The translations under genes and the position numbers were made by a program. A stretch of DNA of 64,000 bases from Desulfatiglandales bacterium (GTDB lineage Bacteria > Desulfobacterota > DSM-4660 > Desulfatiglandales > Desulfatiglandaceae). The notes below the pieces were generated by a model. It had not been told where the DNA came from, searched no databases, and worked only from the letters and a program-made list of their open reading frames with translations. Every line of letters starts with the position of its first letter. The stretch's first letter is position 1. The stretch is from NCBI GenBank assembly GCA_963666345.1, contig OY762721.1, positions 3,360,001 through 3,424,000 on the forward strand, given 5' to 3'. Positions 47,322 through 57,920 of this stretch are shown piece by piece.

Positions 47322-49423
47322 TTCAGGTAGTCGCCTACAATAGAAGGGTCTAGGACATTGATATTTCTTACTCTTAATTCGGGAGTTACGCTTTCCTTGT
47401 CTACCTGTGCCAAGTTATTCATAGGGGATACTTTCTCCGGTCCCCTTTCTCCAAATTCATAGAGTTGTCCGCTTTCCCCAATACCCTTGATATGCTCGTT
47501 TATTGTCCCGCCACCAGCCATGAACTGCACCGGGTTATCAAAATTCGGAGTAAACCCACCACTAAACATCCCGGTAATTGCGCCTGCCGCTTTACTTATC
47601 AAACCATTACCTGAAGACCCTCCGGTCAAGGTATTAAATAGCGGTTCAATGGTGTACTTCTGAAGCATCATTTGTGTAACCATTTTTGAATATGATTTCA
47701 GGATGTCATTAAAAGAGGTATCAGCACCCCAGACCATTTCATTGAGGGTGCTTGACCATGAAGAGGCCCAACCGGACATAGCGTTTTCAAGTTCATTACT
47801 CAAAGACTTGACTTCGGTCTTCTGCTTTTCATAATAGACCTCTGTTAATTGCTCTATGGCTTTCTGTTTGGCCTCTTCATCTTGAATGCTTTTTTCTATA
47901 TATTCCCGCTGTACGTCGTACCAGTCAGACAGCCTTTGTTCTTCAGTCTGGAAATGTTCATTCCATAGGGTTTGGATGTCCTTTATGGTATCGCTTTCTA
48001 AGCTGATCCTGGCTTCCCAACCTTCAATGTTAAGTTGGTTCTCCTGTCTTATCCTGTCCGCTGCGGCTGCTAGTCTTTCTATGTCTGCGTTTCTGTTTGC
48101 CTTTGAAATGAATGCCAGTTTGTCGGCCTCAGTCAGCCCGGTAACTTTTGGCTGTATTGTTTTAATGTTCGCTGCTTTAGGGGTGAAAGAGGAAAAATCC
48201 GGCTGGGAAAGCATCCAACTATCTTTGATCTTGTTAAGCTCGGCATATTGCTGTCTGTTCTGAAGGTCTGAAATGGTCTTGTCTATCAATGCAATATTAG
48301 CAGTCAGCCTTTTTGCGCCCTCTCTTGCCTCTTCTTTCGTGATATATCCCGGCACCCATGCAAGGGCCTTGTCAGTAAAGTCTGATCCTGTAGTGGCACT
48401 CTGAAACTTATTCAGTTCCTTTTGTAGGTCTTCTCGCTGTTCTTTAAGCCTACCCATGACTGTATCAGGACCATACAGAAGCCCGGCCCACCACTCAGCG
48501 GCAAAGGCAACACTACCCACCGCGCCACCAGCGGCACTACTCACCAGCTTTAAAGACTGCGCGATATTTCCCAAATAAGTTGGGATATCCTGTCTTAAAA
48601 ATTCCTGATTCTGTGCAACCCAACTGGTCATGTCTTCGGCGATTTCTGCAATGCTAGGAGCTGCGGAAATAACAGCACTCGTCATTTGTGTTTTTATAAC
48701 AGTTGATAGGTCTGTTAATCTGTCATTTGCCGTTGCTGACCCCCGGATAAGGTGTTCATCTATGGCAAGGCCAAGACGTTCAAAAGTGGCCCTTAGCTCT
48801 TCTACTGACTTCATGCCGCCCTTTACGACATTGGTCATTCCCACACCAGCCGACCGGCCAAAAGCGGCAGATGAAAAAGCGGCCTTGTCCGTTGCATTCT
48901 CAATACCGGCCATTCGGTTTATGTAAATATCAAGGGCTTCCCCGGTTGTGTTCGTGGCTACAAGCTGATTTAATAGCTCTTCATCGTATTTCTTCAGATA
49001 GGTGAGCATCGCCCCGGTACCAACCTTGAGTTCACCTATTCGCTTTGTGAATGCTTCCAGGGCTCCATCGAGTTTGCCGGTTTCAACCCCCGAACGTTCA
49101 GCCATAAACCTATATTCCTGAAGTTTATCGGTAGATATGCCTATTCTGTCTGCTGTCTTTCCGATCGTGTCAGCGGCATCAATATTTCTTTTGATCAGAT
49201 ACCCTAGACCAGTTGCACCAGCCGCTAGAACCATGCCGCTCCTGAAGTTTAAAACTGACTTTCTTAAGGAGGTCCATTGCCGTTCAGCCTTTGCAAGATA
49301 TCTGTTTGTTTTGGCTGAAAAGGAATTGACTGAGCTGGCCGCGCTTCTTAGGTCTGCTTTGAATTTATCATCATTGACAATCAGGTCAGTTACCAGACTG
49401 CCAATGTCCATTTTATTTGCCAT
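47322..49423 (-). CDS. phage tail tape-measure protein (lambda-like), extreme C-terminus cut by IS21
   Basis: N-terminal IGSLVTDL...FKADL; D.IGK.ADRIG...LQEYRF.AE.SG; Ala-rich helical/coiled-coil body; C-terminal MAGGG...GERGPE...INVLDPS. Confidence 0.82.
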
Positions 49424-49698
49424 TACGTCTCCTTTCCTTAAAAATAAGCCCCAGGATCGTTTTTTGACTTAGACATATACATATTCAACCCTAGGGTAAT
49501 ATATTAAATACAACCTCGTGCCGATTAAGGCCCATAAAAGGCGCATTTTAGTTTGACACTAGATAGAGGTTCCCCCAGGCGGCTAAGAAGGCGCAAAACC
49601 GCCCAGGGGATAGGGGGGCTGTCCAGGCCCCAACTTTCTTGTTATGACTTGGAATGCTTTTCATTATAGTGTTTTATGGATCTAGCCTCTCGCTTCCT

Positions 49699-50235
49699 TT
49701 ATTCAAAATCTTTTGCCGTCAATATTTCCGGCTCAAAATCGGCATCCTTCAATCTGCTTTTCTCCGCGTCTGTCAAAAGCCCCACTCGATCCAAGTAAGC
49801 GGCCTGTGATTCAACAATTAACCGTTCATCCGGGTTAAACTCATAGGGGTCTAATATTGGTACTCCAAAAACAAAAGATTGTGTCTCTTCAAGCGGCTCT
49901 TCATCTGGTTTTCTTTGGTAATTTTGGGGGCATTCCAAGATTTTGCGATTTCCCGGCGCTTCAAGCTGCCACCATGCAAACGGTTTTTGCCCTGGATGTT
50001 CCTTTAACCAGCTTATAACCGTTGCTGAATTTTTAATTTCAGCCCATGTTTCAAACCATGTCGGTCCTTTACCATGCCTGACTGAAGGTTCACCCGGTAT
50101 GGCCCAACAAAATGAAAAACCCCTAAAACCTTCATTTTGTGGCTCATCCCCAGTAAGTAAAAATTTCACTTGCCAATCTTCAAGGCTATTGGCGTTTACT
50201 CTTTTTCTTGTAATTTTTTTCCTTTTTGTTGGCAT
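49699..50235 (-). CDS. hypothetical phage-satellite protein
   Basis: Starts 1 bp after the terS stop, with GGAG RBS; basic N-terminus; PG.KP.AWW and ESQAAYL.R.GLL motifs. Confidence 0.7.
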   Translation of the reverse strand: MPTKRKKITRKRVNANSLEDWQVKFLLTGDEPQNEGFRGFSFCWAIPGEPSVRHGKGPTWFETWAEIKNSATVISWLKEHPGQKPFAWWQLEAPGNRKILECPQNYQRKPDEEPLEETQSFVFGVPILDPYEFNPDERLIVESQAAYLDRVGLLTDAEKSRLKDADFEPEILTAKDFE

Positions 50236-50236
50236 T

Positions 50237-50581
50237 CTAGCTCCTTCCGCCTGGCCTTCCCGGTTTGTCCCTTAGCGGTTCAATGTCCAGGTTTAAGGCC
50301 CTTAACGCGTGGAATTTTTGTCCCCTGGCATCGCGTTCAATCCCTAATAGAGGATGTAATTTTTTCTGTTGAAAACGGTCCAAAATAGTTTGACCTTCCT
50401 TTTTAATCTGCTTGCGGCATTTGATCTCTCGCGACTCTGCGTTCCCGTATTGCTGTAAAAGCAGTAATCCGGCAACATCATTAATAAGATATTCGTCAGC
50501 TAAAGATTCTATTCTTAAAACAGTCTCTTTTGGCCAATGTTTACATGGCCTCAAGTGACTTGGTACGTCATTCCAGTCCAT
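50237..50581 (-). CDS. terS: phage terminase small subunit, P27 (HK97-like cos) family
   Basis: D.AGLLLL...I.KEG.TI.DRF.Q.K.HPLL..ERDAR...L.ALNLD.EP...PGRP pattern; GAGGAG RBS. Confidence 0.72.
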   Translation of the reverse strand: MDWNDVPSHLRPCKHWPKETVLRIESLADEYLINDVAGLLLLQQYGNAESREIKCRKQIKKEGQTILDRFQQKKLHPLLGIERDARGQKFHALRALNLDIEPLRDKPGRPGGRS

Positions 50582-50717
50582 TCCATAGACTCCTCAATTT
50601 TTTTTAAGGAAAAACTCAATTTAAAAAAGAAATTCCTAGGCACATGGTTATAGGCATAGGTCGTATAAGGCTATATAGGCCCCCCTGTAAAAGGGGGGAC
50701 CGCTAAACCCGACTGGC

Positions 50718-51443
50718 TTATAGTTTGGCTAGTTTTGCGTCAATCCTTGCAACCCTTGAAGCAAGATCTTCGTCAGTTGGTAGTAAGTGAAAGGGGTTTA
50801 TGTCGGAAACATCGCGGTCAGATTTTTCAATGTTAAAGTCTTCTAGTTGGTGCGGATCTGGAATATTATCCTTAAGCTTCTCAAGCAATACTTCGTCAAA
50901 CTCTGGCTCTAGCTTCATGGCCTCAAGCAACTTGATAGATTGCTGACAGTATTCTACAGCTCTCAATATAGAATTTTTGTTGCTATAGGTAACTAGCTTC
51001 TTTTTCAGCTTGATTAAATTTAAGCCCATGTTTCGTGTTTGGCTATTGGCTTTCAACCTTCGGAAGTCAGCTAGCTTGGTATTAAAAAACTCAATCCCCC
51101 GGTCAATTTCAGGATCGTAAGTTGTATAAATAATTTCCTGCCACTTGTTTATAGCATTGTTCAACCTCGCACTCTCACCCCATTTTTTTAATCGCAACCT
51201 GTTCACTTCCTTTTCTGCATCTCTTAGGGCATCTGCTGCGGAATTCATAGTCTGTGTCGCTTTTTCAAGATCGTCATTAAGTTTGAAAATCCTCTTTTCT
51301 CCTTCCGTCTTCAGCTTGTCGATTTCCTTTGCTGCCGCCTTTCGTTTTTTAATGACTTCGCGTTCTGCTGCTTCCCGCGCTGCTCTTATTCCTGCTGATT
51401 CTTCAATCTCCTTAAGCCTTTTCTCTAATGCTGTGTTTTCCAT
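50718..51443 (-). CDS. coiled-coil hypothetical protein
   Basis: ATG 51443 after GGAGG; E/K/A-rich heptad-like N-terminal half. Confidence 0.75.
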   Translation of the reverse strand: MENTALEKRLKEIEESAGIRAAREAAEREVIKKRKAAAKEIDKLKTEGEKRIFKLNDDLEKATQTMNSAADALRDAEKEVNRLRLKKWGESARLNNAINKWQEIIYTTYDPEIDRGIEFFNTKLADFRRLKANSQTRNMGLNLIKLKKKLVTYSNKNSILRAVEYCQQSIKLLEAMKLEPEFDEVLLEKLKDNIPDPHQLEDFNIEKSDRDVSDINPFHLLPTDEDLASRVARIDAKLAKL

Positions 51444-51472
51444 AATGCCTCCATTTTGTTTAGTGTTTTTGT

Positions 51473-51670
51473 TTATAAAGCCCCACATCTTTTAAGGATC
51501 TTCTTTCGGCGTATATTTGCCTGCAGTCTCTTTGCTCTTTTACGGTCTGATTTTTTGGGGTTTTTCAACCTTTCAGAGAGGGTCTTGAAACTGCCGTCTT
51601 TCTCAACTTTTTTCCTAAGTTTCAAGATCGCTAATCGAAGGTCACTTTTCCCCACCTTGACGCTAAGCAT
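51473..51670 (-). CDS. rpsU: ribosomal protein bS21 homologue (65 aa), element-encoded
   Basis: MLSVKVGKSDLRLAILKLRKKVEKDGSFKTLSERLKNPKKSDRKRAKRLQANIRRKK follows the S21 pattern (VKV...A..K.KK..EK.G...K.S..RKRAK); ATG 51670 after GGAAGGGA. Confidence 0.7.
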   Translation of the reverse strand: MLSVKVGKSDLRLAILKLRKKVEKDGSFKTLSERLKNPKKSDRKRAKRLQANIRRKKILKRCGAL

Positions 51671-51740
51671 AACTATCCCTTCCAGGCATCGCTTGCCTTT
51701 TGTGTGCTGTTCAGTGTTAATTGTATAATTGATAAGAGAT

Positions 51741-51944
51741 TTAATTTTGGGAGTAGGGAAGGGATTCAATAAACTTTCTGACATCAACGGAGTCAAATAG
51801 AACTCGGCGGCCTAACCGCTTGGCCTTGATAGGAAAAGGGTTCTTTGCTTTACGACAAATCCTATTTCGTATGGTGCGCGGTGAAAGGTTTAATCTATTG
51901 GCAACCTGTTCAACTGATAACAGTTGCCGCTGCTCCTGGCTCAT
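51741..51944 (-). CDS. AlpA/excisionase-like HTH DNA-binding protein
   Basis: LLSVEQVANRLNLSPRTIRN...FP....LGRRVLF...DV.KFI. Confidence 0.85.
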   Translation of the reverse strand: MSQEQRQLLSVEQVANRLNLSPRTIRNRICRKAKNPFPIKAKRLGRRVLFDSVDVRKFIESLPYSQN

Positions 51945-52119
51945 GACGCCCCCCTTTGGTTAAATTGTTATTGTTGACAAGACATCGGAAACACTTATTC
52001 TTAAGAATCCTTTTTAATACCTCGTAACCCTTTGTATTATCAGATTCAGTTAGACCCTGAATCCTAACGCTTTCAATCGGACATCCTTTGTCTGATTTAC
52101 ATTCAAAAGTTATTTCCAA
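51910..52119 (-). CDS. small hypothetical protein (69 aa, Cys-containing)
   Basis: TTG at 52119 after AGGAGG; lies in the co-oriented operon between primase and AlpA. Confidence 0.5.
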   Translation of the reverse strand: MEITFECKSDKGCPIESVRIQGLTESDNTKGYEVLKRILKNKCFRCLVNNNNLTKGGRHEPGAAATVIS

Positions 52120-52217
52120 GAATCCACCTCCTTTAATTGTTTTTAGCCCCTGTTCTAATTTTTTATTGCCCGCCCGTTCCCGGTCCCCGGAGCTAGCGAA
52201 GGACCACACCAAATATG

Positions 52218-53834
52218 TTATTTATGCCATTTATCTGTTGGCACAATTTCGCACCCCTTAACGATCTTAAAAGTTCGCTTTAGGTAATTTGGGTTATGTC
52301 CCTGCCTTGCCCAGGCTTTAGCCTTCCTGATTGTGATAATGGTTCCGTCTGGCGGATTCTGGTCAAGATTTAGATAAAGCCTCGGTTTCTCAAGGCCAAA
52401 GTCTCCGCCCCGCCCCTCTGCCTTATCTTGTGACTTCTGAAGACATACAATGCAGATTCCTTTGTCTAGCTTTTCATATATCCGCTTTAGGTCCGCCGAT
52501 ATCTTCCAGAAGTCAGAGCTAATTTCATAAAAGTCAATTATATTGAAGTCATTCGGTAGGATTGCATCTGAGAAGTTTGAGGACCTTTCCCTGAAGTCAA
52601 GAGACTTCCATTCATCAAGAGGTACAGGAAACAGCTTTAATCTTGTCTTTAGTTCCTGACTTCCCATTTCTGAGGAAAGATAACGCACCTTGTGGCGCTT
52701 CCTGTTCATATAGGCAAGGTTTAAGGCAAGGGCGCTTTTGCCTGCGTTTTGGGTCCCTGCGATTACAGCAATGTTTTTAGGATATAGCGTTGCAAGTTTT
52801 TCGATCCCTAGAGGCCATTGAATATTAAAGGGTGCATCATCTGCCGTTTGCCAGTCTATGGCATCGCATTCAGACTCAACCTTTCGATACTGCCCGCGCT
52901 TGTTTCCGTATTTCTCAATTATTCCTTCTGCCTTGAGTCTTGACAAATAGACCTTTACAGCGTTTCTTTCTTCCCTTGTTACTATCTGTAACTCTTTGTA
53001 ACTATCTGTTACTAAAAAGTAACCATCTGTTACTAACACCCACTCGCGGACCTCTTCAGCAAGGTTCCTCTCGCGCCTCTGTAACCTTTTCATGGCTGAT
53101 TGAATTTTTACTGAAATATCTCTTTCAGGATATGGAGGATTGCAGGCTTTTGATGCTATAACCCTAAGATATTGCTGTATTTCTTCTTGAGGCATCCCGC
53201 CTTTTACAAGATAATTGGTAAGGTGAAAAAGGTCATTATCACGACGGCCTTGTGTAAGTAAATTGTTACTATCTGTTACTATTTGTAACCTTTTGTTACT
53301 ATCTGGACTGGACCCCTCTATATAAATGCTTTTATTTAAAGAATTATATATAGGCTGCGGCAGCGGCTCGGTTTGAACCTCGCCTAATGACTTACCCGGT
53401 ACCCAGGCATAAGGCTTGCCGTTTTCTCCAATGCTTGGAGGTGCGACGATATATCCGCCCTGACCCCGGTAATCGACATCTTGAATAAAGCCTGTTGCAT
53501 TGCCTAGGCCCTCTCTATGACTAACGTATAAATGCCGACCTCCGCGCGGCGTTGTCGCTTCTGCCGTTTTAAACCCTTCAGGAAGTAGCTTTGTGACCTC
53601 AGAAAAGCCCTTGCCTGAATCAATGTCTATGACATCAACATTGCTTAGATCACCTGTGACAATGCCGATATTTGCATCAGGCCACTTTTGCCACCATTCA
53701 TTGACTTGATCCGTAGTCGGCCTTTCTTTTTGGAATTTTTCCCATTTGACTAGGGGCTTTTTGCCCTTTGCCTGAATGGGAATTACTGAAAGCCCTGCGC
53801 TTTCATACCTTAAGGCATCGTTTGAAAAGTTCAT
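52218..53834 (-). CDS. bifunctional primase-polymerase (Prim-Pol + PriCT) fused to a P-loop helicase
   Basis: G.SVIP...K.P.V.W, WW..WPDANIG..TG...VIDID, TPRGG.H, D.RG.GGYIVAPPS; QGRRDNDLF (PriCT); Walker A GTQNAGKS; IIDF. Confidence 0.9.
   Translation of the reverse strand: MNFSNDALRYESAGLSVIPIQAKGKKPLVKWEKFQKERPTTDQVNEWWQKWPDANIGIVTGDLSNVDVIDIDSGKGFSEVTKLLPEGFKTAEATTPRGGRHLYVSHREGLGNATGFIQDVDYRGQGGYIVAPPSIGENGKPYAWVPGKSLGEVQTEPLPQPIYNSLNKSIYIEGSSPDSNKRLQIVTDSNNLLTQGRRDNDLFHLTNYLVKGGMPQEEIQQYLRVIASKACNPPYPERDISVKIQSAMKRLQRRERNLAEEVREWVLVTDGYFLVTDSYKELQIVTREERNAVKVYLSRLKAEGIIEKYGNKRGQYRKVESECDAIDWQTADDAPFNIQWPLGIEKLATLYPKNIAVIAGTQNAGKSALALNLAYMNRKRHKVRYLSSEMGSQELKTRLKLFPVPLDEWKSLDFRERSSNFSDAILPNDFNIIDFYEISSDFWKISADLKRIYEKLDKGICIVCLQKSQDKAEGRGGDFGLEKPRLYLNLDQNPPDGTIITIRKAKAWARQGHNPNYLKRTFKIVKGCEIVPTDKWHK
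52977..53352. repeat. iteron arrays plus AT-rich tract (putative replication origin within the primase gene)
   Basis: TGT(T/A)ACTATC-like units at 10-11 bp spacing: six at 52977-53037 and four at 53264-53303, followed by an AT-rich tract at ~53319-53352. Confidence 0.65.
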
Positions 53835-53901
53835 TTTGTTCTAGCTCCTATCCCGGACACTCCGCCCGGAAGTTGGCTTTCAAGAAGCTCGGAGTTAGGT
53901 G

Positions 53902-54096
53902 TTAAAAAACCTCTTTTTCACTGACCCCCAGGAAATGACAGATTTTTTCCTTCATTTCCTGCGTGGGCGTTTCGTACCCTCGGATAACCTTTGAAACTCG
54001 GCTTTCTGCAATCCGTGTTTGAAATGCCAAATCTCTTTGGCTTACACCCTTCAGAAAAATTGCATTCCGTAACTTGATATTTCTTTCAGTTTCCAT
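53902..54096 (-). CDS. XRE-family HTH regulator
   Basis: LRNAIFLKGVSQRDLA...ESRVSKVIRG...ICHFLGV...VF; ATG 54096 after GGAGG. Confidence 0.85.
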   Translation of the reverse strand: METERNIKLRNAIFLKGVSQRDLAFQTRIAESRVSKVIRGYETPTQEMKEKICHFLGVSEKEVF

Positions 54097-54358
54097 GATC
54101 ACCTCCCTTAAATAAATATTGTTTGAATCTACGGTAAAAAAACATTTCTCCTTCCCGTCATTGACAATTTAGACAAAATTATCTGTTTTATCTTGTCAAT
54201 TTGGTATCTTATCCGCCTATGCGGATAAATCATACCCGGCCCCGATACTCTACTAGCTATCTGCTTATAGGTAAGTGGTGGATCTCCATAAAAAAGACTT
54301 AGGCATTTGTTTTGAAGTTAGGTTCTGGGGAAGGAGAAATATCAGACAGATATAAACG

Positions 54359-54940
54359 ATAAATCAAATTACTGATTTATATGAATCAAAAAAAAGACTG
54401 TTAAAGAATGCCTTCCGCTATGGCGTTGAGGTTGACAAGTAGAAGAGACCTTCGATTACCTAGCTTATGGGTAAGCTCTCTGTGTTTATGTGAACGATGA
54501 ACCTTGATATGCTCCGACACTTCCACTGTGTACCATTCATTAGTGTTGCCGATAAAATTGTTGGGGTCTAGGAAATCGAAATTCGGTTCGTTTCTAAATT
54601 CTTTGTATAGTTGAAAAAATCTCTTTATCTTGCGGAACTCAATGTTTAATTCGGCCAGTTCTTTAATTAATGCTAACTCTAGTAAGTTCCTTTTTGTATA
54701 TCTGCGGGGGACACCTCTTCCAGGCTGCTTGCTGTCTTCTTCAAGCGTCAACAGCCCTTCATCTGAATAGAACTGTATCCGTCGCCCTGGTAGGCCAATA
54801 AGTTTTTCAATATCTTTTCGGGTGTATGTTTCCATAATTTAAAAGTCGTAATCAGATTTATGATTTATAATAAAGTAAAAAAAATATATGTCAAGCGCTA
54901 ATGCTGCATTGATGGGCCATAAATCAGATTAATGGTTATT
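54359..54940. promoter_or_regulatory. three ATAAATCA-N6-TGATTTAT operator-like palindromes around the MerR-like gene
   Basis: Perfect copy at 54359-54380; variants at 54847-54868 and 54919-54940. Confidence 0.5.
54401..54835 (-). CDS. MerR-like winged-HTH regulator
   Basis: YT.KDI..LIGL..RRIQFY..EGLL...GRG..RRYT..NL.EL.LIKEL. Confidence 0.82.
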   Translation of the reverse strand: METYTRKDIEKLIGLPGRRIQFYSDEGLLTLEEDSKQPGRGVPRRYTKRNLLELALIKELAELNIEFRKIKRFFQLYKEFRNEPNFDFLDPNNFIGNTNEWYTVEVSEHIKVHRSHKHRELTHKLGNRRSLLLVNLNAIAEGIL

Positions 54941-56402
54941 CCCTTTCACTAATAAGCATAAATTCCTAAAATGTTATATATCTTATTGATATTAAATCCA
55001 AATTAGTCAATGGGCGTTTTTACGAAAAAACCGTGTTCTGTGTACTCGTCTTTATATTTTGAAAAGTCTATTCTGTCTTCAGGGTAATTTCTTGGCATTA
55101 AATCATATTCTCGGCCTAGATCCAGACTTTTAAGCTTTGCACAGGTCCCGCACTGTTCTTTCGGTAATCCATGAATACAGAGAAAGCAGAAAGATTCTGG
55201 CCCATTGCTTGAATTATCTAAATAACGCCGCTCAATAAATAAATTGTCCTTATCGAATCTTTTCAGAATATCATCGGCTTGGGTTATGTTGTTTACCAAA
55301 AACCCCTGGCAAACCTGGCTCCGCTTGCCTACTTCATTGTTTATAAGCAAAAGGGAATAGCCATCTGTTCCACAAGAAGTCGTTCTAAAGAACTTTAGAA
55401 ATTTATACAAGCCTTGCTGTATGTATGGGGTGCATTCCTTGCACTTTGCCGATCCAACATCCCTGTGACATAAATCACATAGTAAGCCCCTGGAGCTTTG
55501 TCCCTTTCTTGTGTCTGTCTTTTCAGGTTCTTTATATTTTAATGCAAGGCTTGCTTCAATAAAACTTCCCTGTTCAATGGTTAATTTAAACGGGTCTGAT
55601 TCCCCCCTAGATCCTATTGATTCTAACCCGTTATCAATAAGGGTCTGCCCCGGTTTTTCTCCTGTTCCCCTGTCAATTTTACCAAACACTTCAAAAAGTT
55701 CTTTATCATCAAACTTATCATTATATTGATTATATGAAAATTCCGGTTTCCAGTTTTCCTCATCAAAAGGTTTTTGCTTTGGCATCGCACGGACACCGAT
55801 TAACCAAAAAATCTTCATCATTCTATGTAAGCTGATTCTGTTTTTTATGTACCTTAAAGGATCTTGAAGTAGTGGGATAGCTTCGCCATTTACAGCAAGC
55901 ATCTTTCCCTTATCGGCTCTAAGTGCATAATGAAAGGCGTAATCACAATTATATTTTGTCCCCAGCCCGGCAAGTTTTTTTCTGCTCGCTTTATTTAACG
56001 GGTCCCTATTCATAAAAGCATAAAGGGGCAGACAGGGGATAAGCGCATCTTTCAAACCTGTATGCTTGCATAGATCTTTGAAAAATCTCTTTAGGTATGG
56101 CTTTTTTGTCAAAGATCCATCTTTTATTTTTTTTCTTTTTGCAGATTGAATTAAGTTATCAACCTTTTTTGTATCAACCTCCATTAAATATGCTGCGTCT
56201 GGATATTTATACTTTTGACCATAAACTAAATTTAAGGCCATGTTTTCTTGAATGGAAAGCCCTTCAATGTTAGCCCATTCGGTTCTATTGTGAATCGGCA
56301 TGCAAAAATGACCCACCTATAGGGCGAATCGGCGTCCAAAATTGACCCACCCCTGAAAGCCTTCTATTCTGCTGTGACTATGGTAGAAGGAGGCGGAAAG
56401 GG

Positions 56403-57920
56403 ATGCTCACAGTGGAAACAATCCGTAAGATACGATTAGCTGTTCTCAGAGATGGCAAATCCATACGTCAGACAGCGAAGGATCTGCGCCTTAGCAAAAA
56501 TACAGTAAAAAAGGCGATAAGGAGCGGAGAAACATCTTTTCAGTACGAACGAAGCAACCAGCCAAGACCCAAGCTGGGGCCGTTTATAGACATGCTGAAA
56601 GGCTTTCTGGAAGAAGACGAGAAACTGCCCAAAAAACTGCGCAGGACAGCCCAGATACTTTTTGAAGAGCTGCAACTCAACGGCTACGAAGGTGGCTATG
56701 ACAGCGTACGGAGATATGTTCAAAGATGGCGCCAGGATCAAAGGAGCTTGCCAAAGGAGGTATTTATACCTTTGGTATTTGATCCTGCAGAAGCCTTTCA
56801 GTTTGACTGGAGTCATGAGTGGGTAGATCTGGACGGAAGCAGAGTAAAGGCAAAGGTTGCACATATAAGGTTATGTCACAGCCGCTACTTCCTTTGTATT
56901 GCCTACCCCAGAGAAACCCAGGAGATGGTGTTTGATGCCCATATCAGGGCCTTTGAGTTTTTTGGGGGAGTTTGCCGTAAAGGCATCTATGACAATCTCA
57001 AAACAGTGGTTAACAAGATCCTGGGAGGAAGGGAAAGACAGTTCAACAGCCGCTTCAGCCAACTGTGTTCCCATTATTTATTTGAACCGGTAAGCTGCAC
57101 CCCTGCTGCAGGTTGGGAAAAGGGTCAGGTGGAAAACCAGGTAGGTGTGGTCAGAAGGAGATTTTTCACTCCCCGAATCAAGGCCAGGGATTTCACACAC
57201 CTAAACGAGCTGCTTAGAGAACAATGCATCACCTGGGCAAAGACCCGTAAGCATCCAACAATATCTGATAAGACGGTTTGGCAGGTCTACAGTGAAGAGA
57301 GACCCTATCTGATAAATCTACCACCTCTCTTTGATGGATATGCACAACGTCCAGCCAGGGTTACCCCCAGCTCACTTGTAACCTATGACCGGAACCGATA
57401 CAGCGTTAATTGCAGCCAGGTGGGTAAAGCGGTCTATATGAGAGTATATGCCGATCGGATAGTGATAGTAAATAACGGTTGTATCGTAGGAGAGCATGAT
57501 AGGCATTTTGGAAAGAACAAGACTATTTTTAATCCCTGGCATTATGTCCCGGTCCTTGAACGTAAGCCCGGGGCTCTCCGTAATGGAGCCCCCTTTAAAG
57601 ACTGGCAACTTCCCGATCCTGTCGAAGGCGTCCTAAATGGGCTTCAAAACCGTTTTTCCGACTGGGACCGTCAGTTTGTGGCCATTCTAAATGCTGTTCC
57701 TTTCTACGGACTTGAGGCTGTAAGTAAAGCCTGTAAGGAGGCCCTAAAGATAAGGGCCGTAAGTAAAGAGGTGGTTCTCAATCTTTTAAACAGGGATCAG
57801 GATCAGGATTGCACGCCTGATTTGGGTATCCCCTCCCATCTGATTCTCAAGCAAGAGCCCATAGCAGACTGCCGCCGCTATGAACGTTTGGTAAGGGAGG
57901 GATACCATGCTGCGCAATGA
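56403..57920 (+). CDS. istA: IS21 transposase
   Basis: Protein identical to 44983-46500. Confidence 0.96.
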   Translation: MLTVETIRKIRLAVLRDGKSIRQTAKDLRLSKNTVKKAIRSGETSFQYERSNQPRPKLGPFIDMLKGFLEEDEKLPKKLRRTAQILFEELQLNGYEGGYDSVRRYVQRWRQDQRSLPKEVFIPLVFDPAEAFQFDWSHEWVDLDGSRVKAKVAHIRLCHSRYFLCIAYPRETQEMVFDAHIRAFEFFGGVCRKGIYDNLKTVVNKILGGRERQFNSRFSQLCSHYLFEPVSCTPAAGWEKGQVENQVGVVRRRFFTPRIKARDFTHLNELLREQCITWAKTRKHPTISDKTVWQVYSEERPYLINLPPLFDGYAQRPARVTPSSLVTYDRNRYSVNCSQVGKAVYMRVYADRIVIVNNGCIVGEHDRHFGKNKTIFNPWHYVPVLERKPGALRNGAPFKDWQLPDPVEGVLNGLQNRFSDWDRQFVAILNAVPFYGLEAVSKACKEALKIRAVSKEVVLNLLNRDQDQDCTPDLGIPSHLILKQEPIADCRRYERLVREGYHAAQ

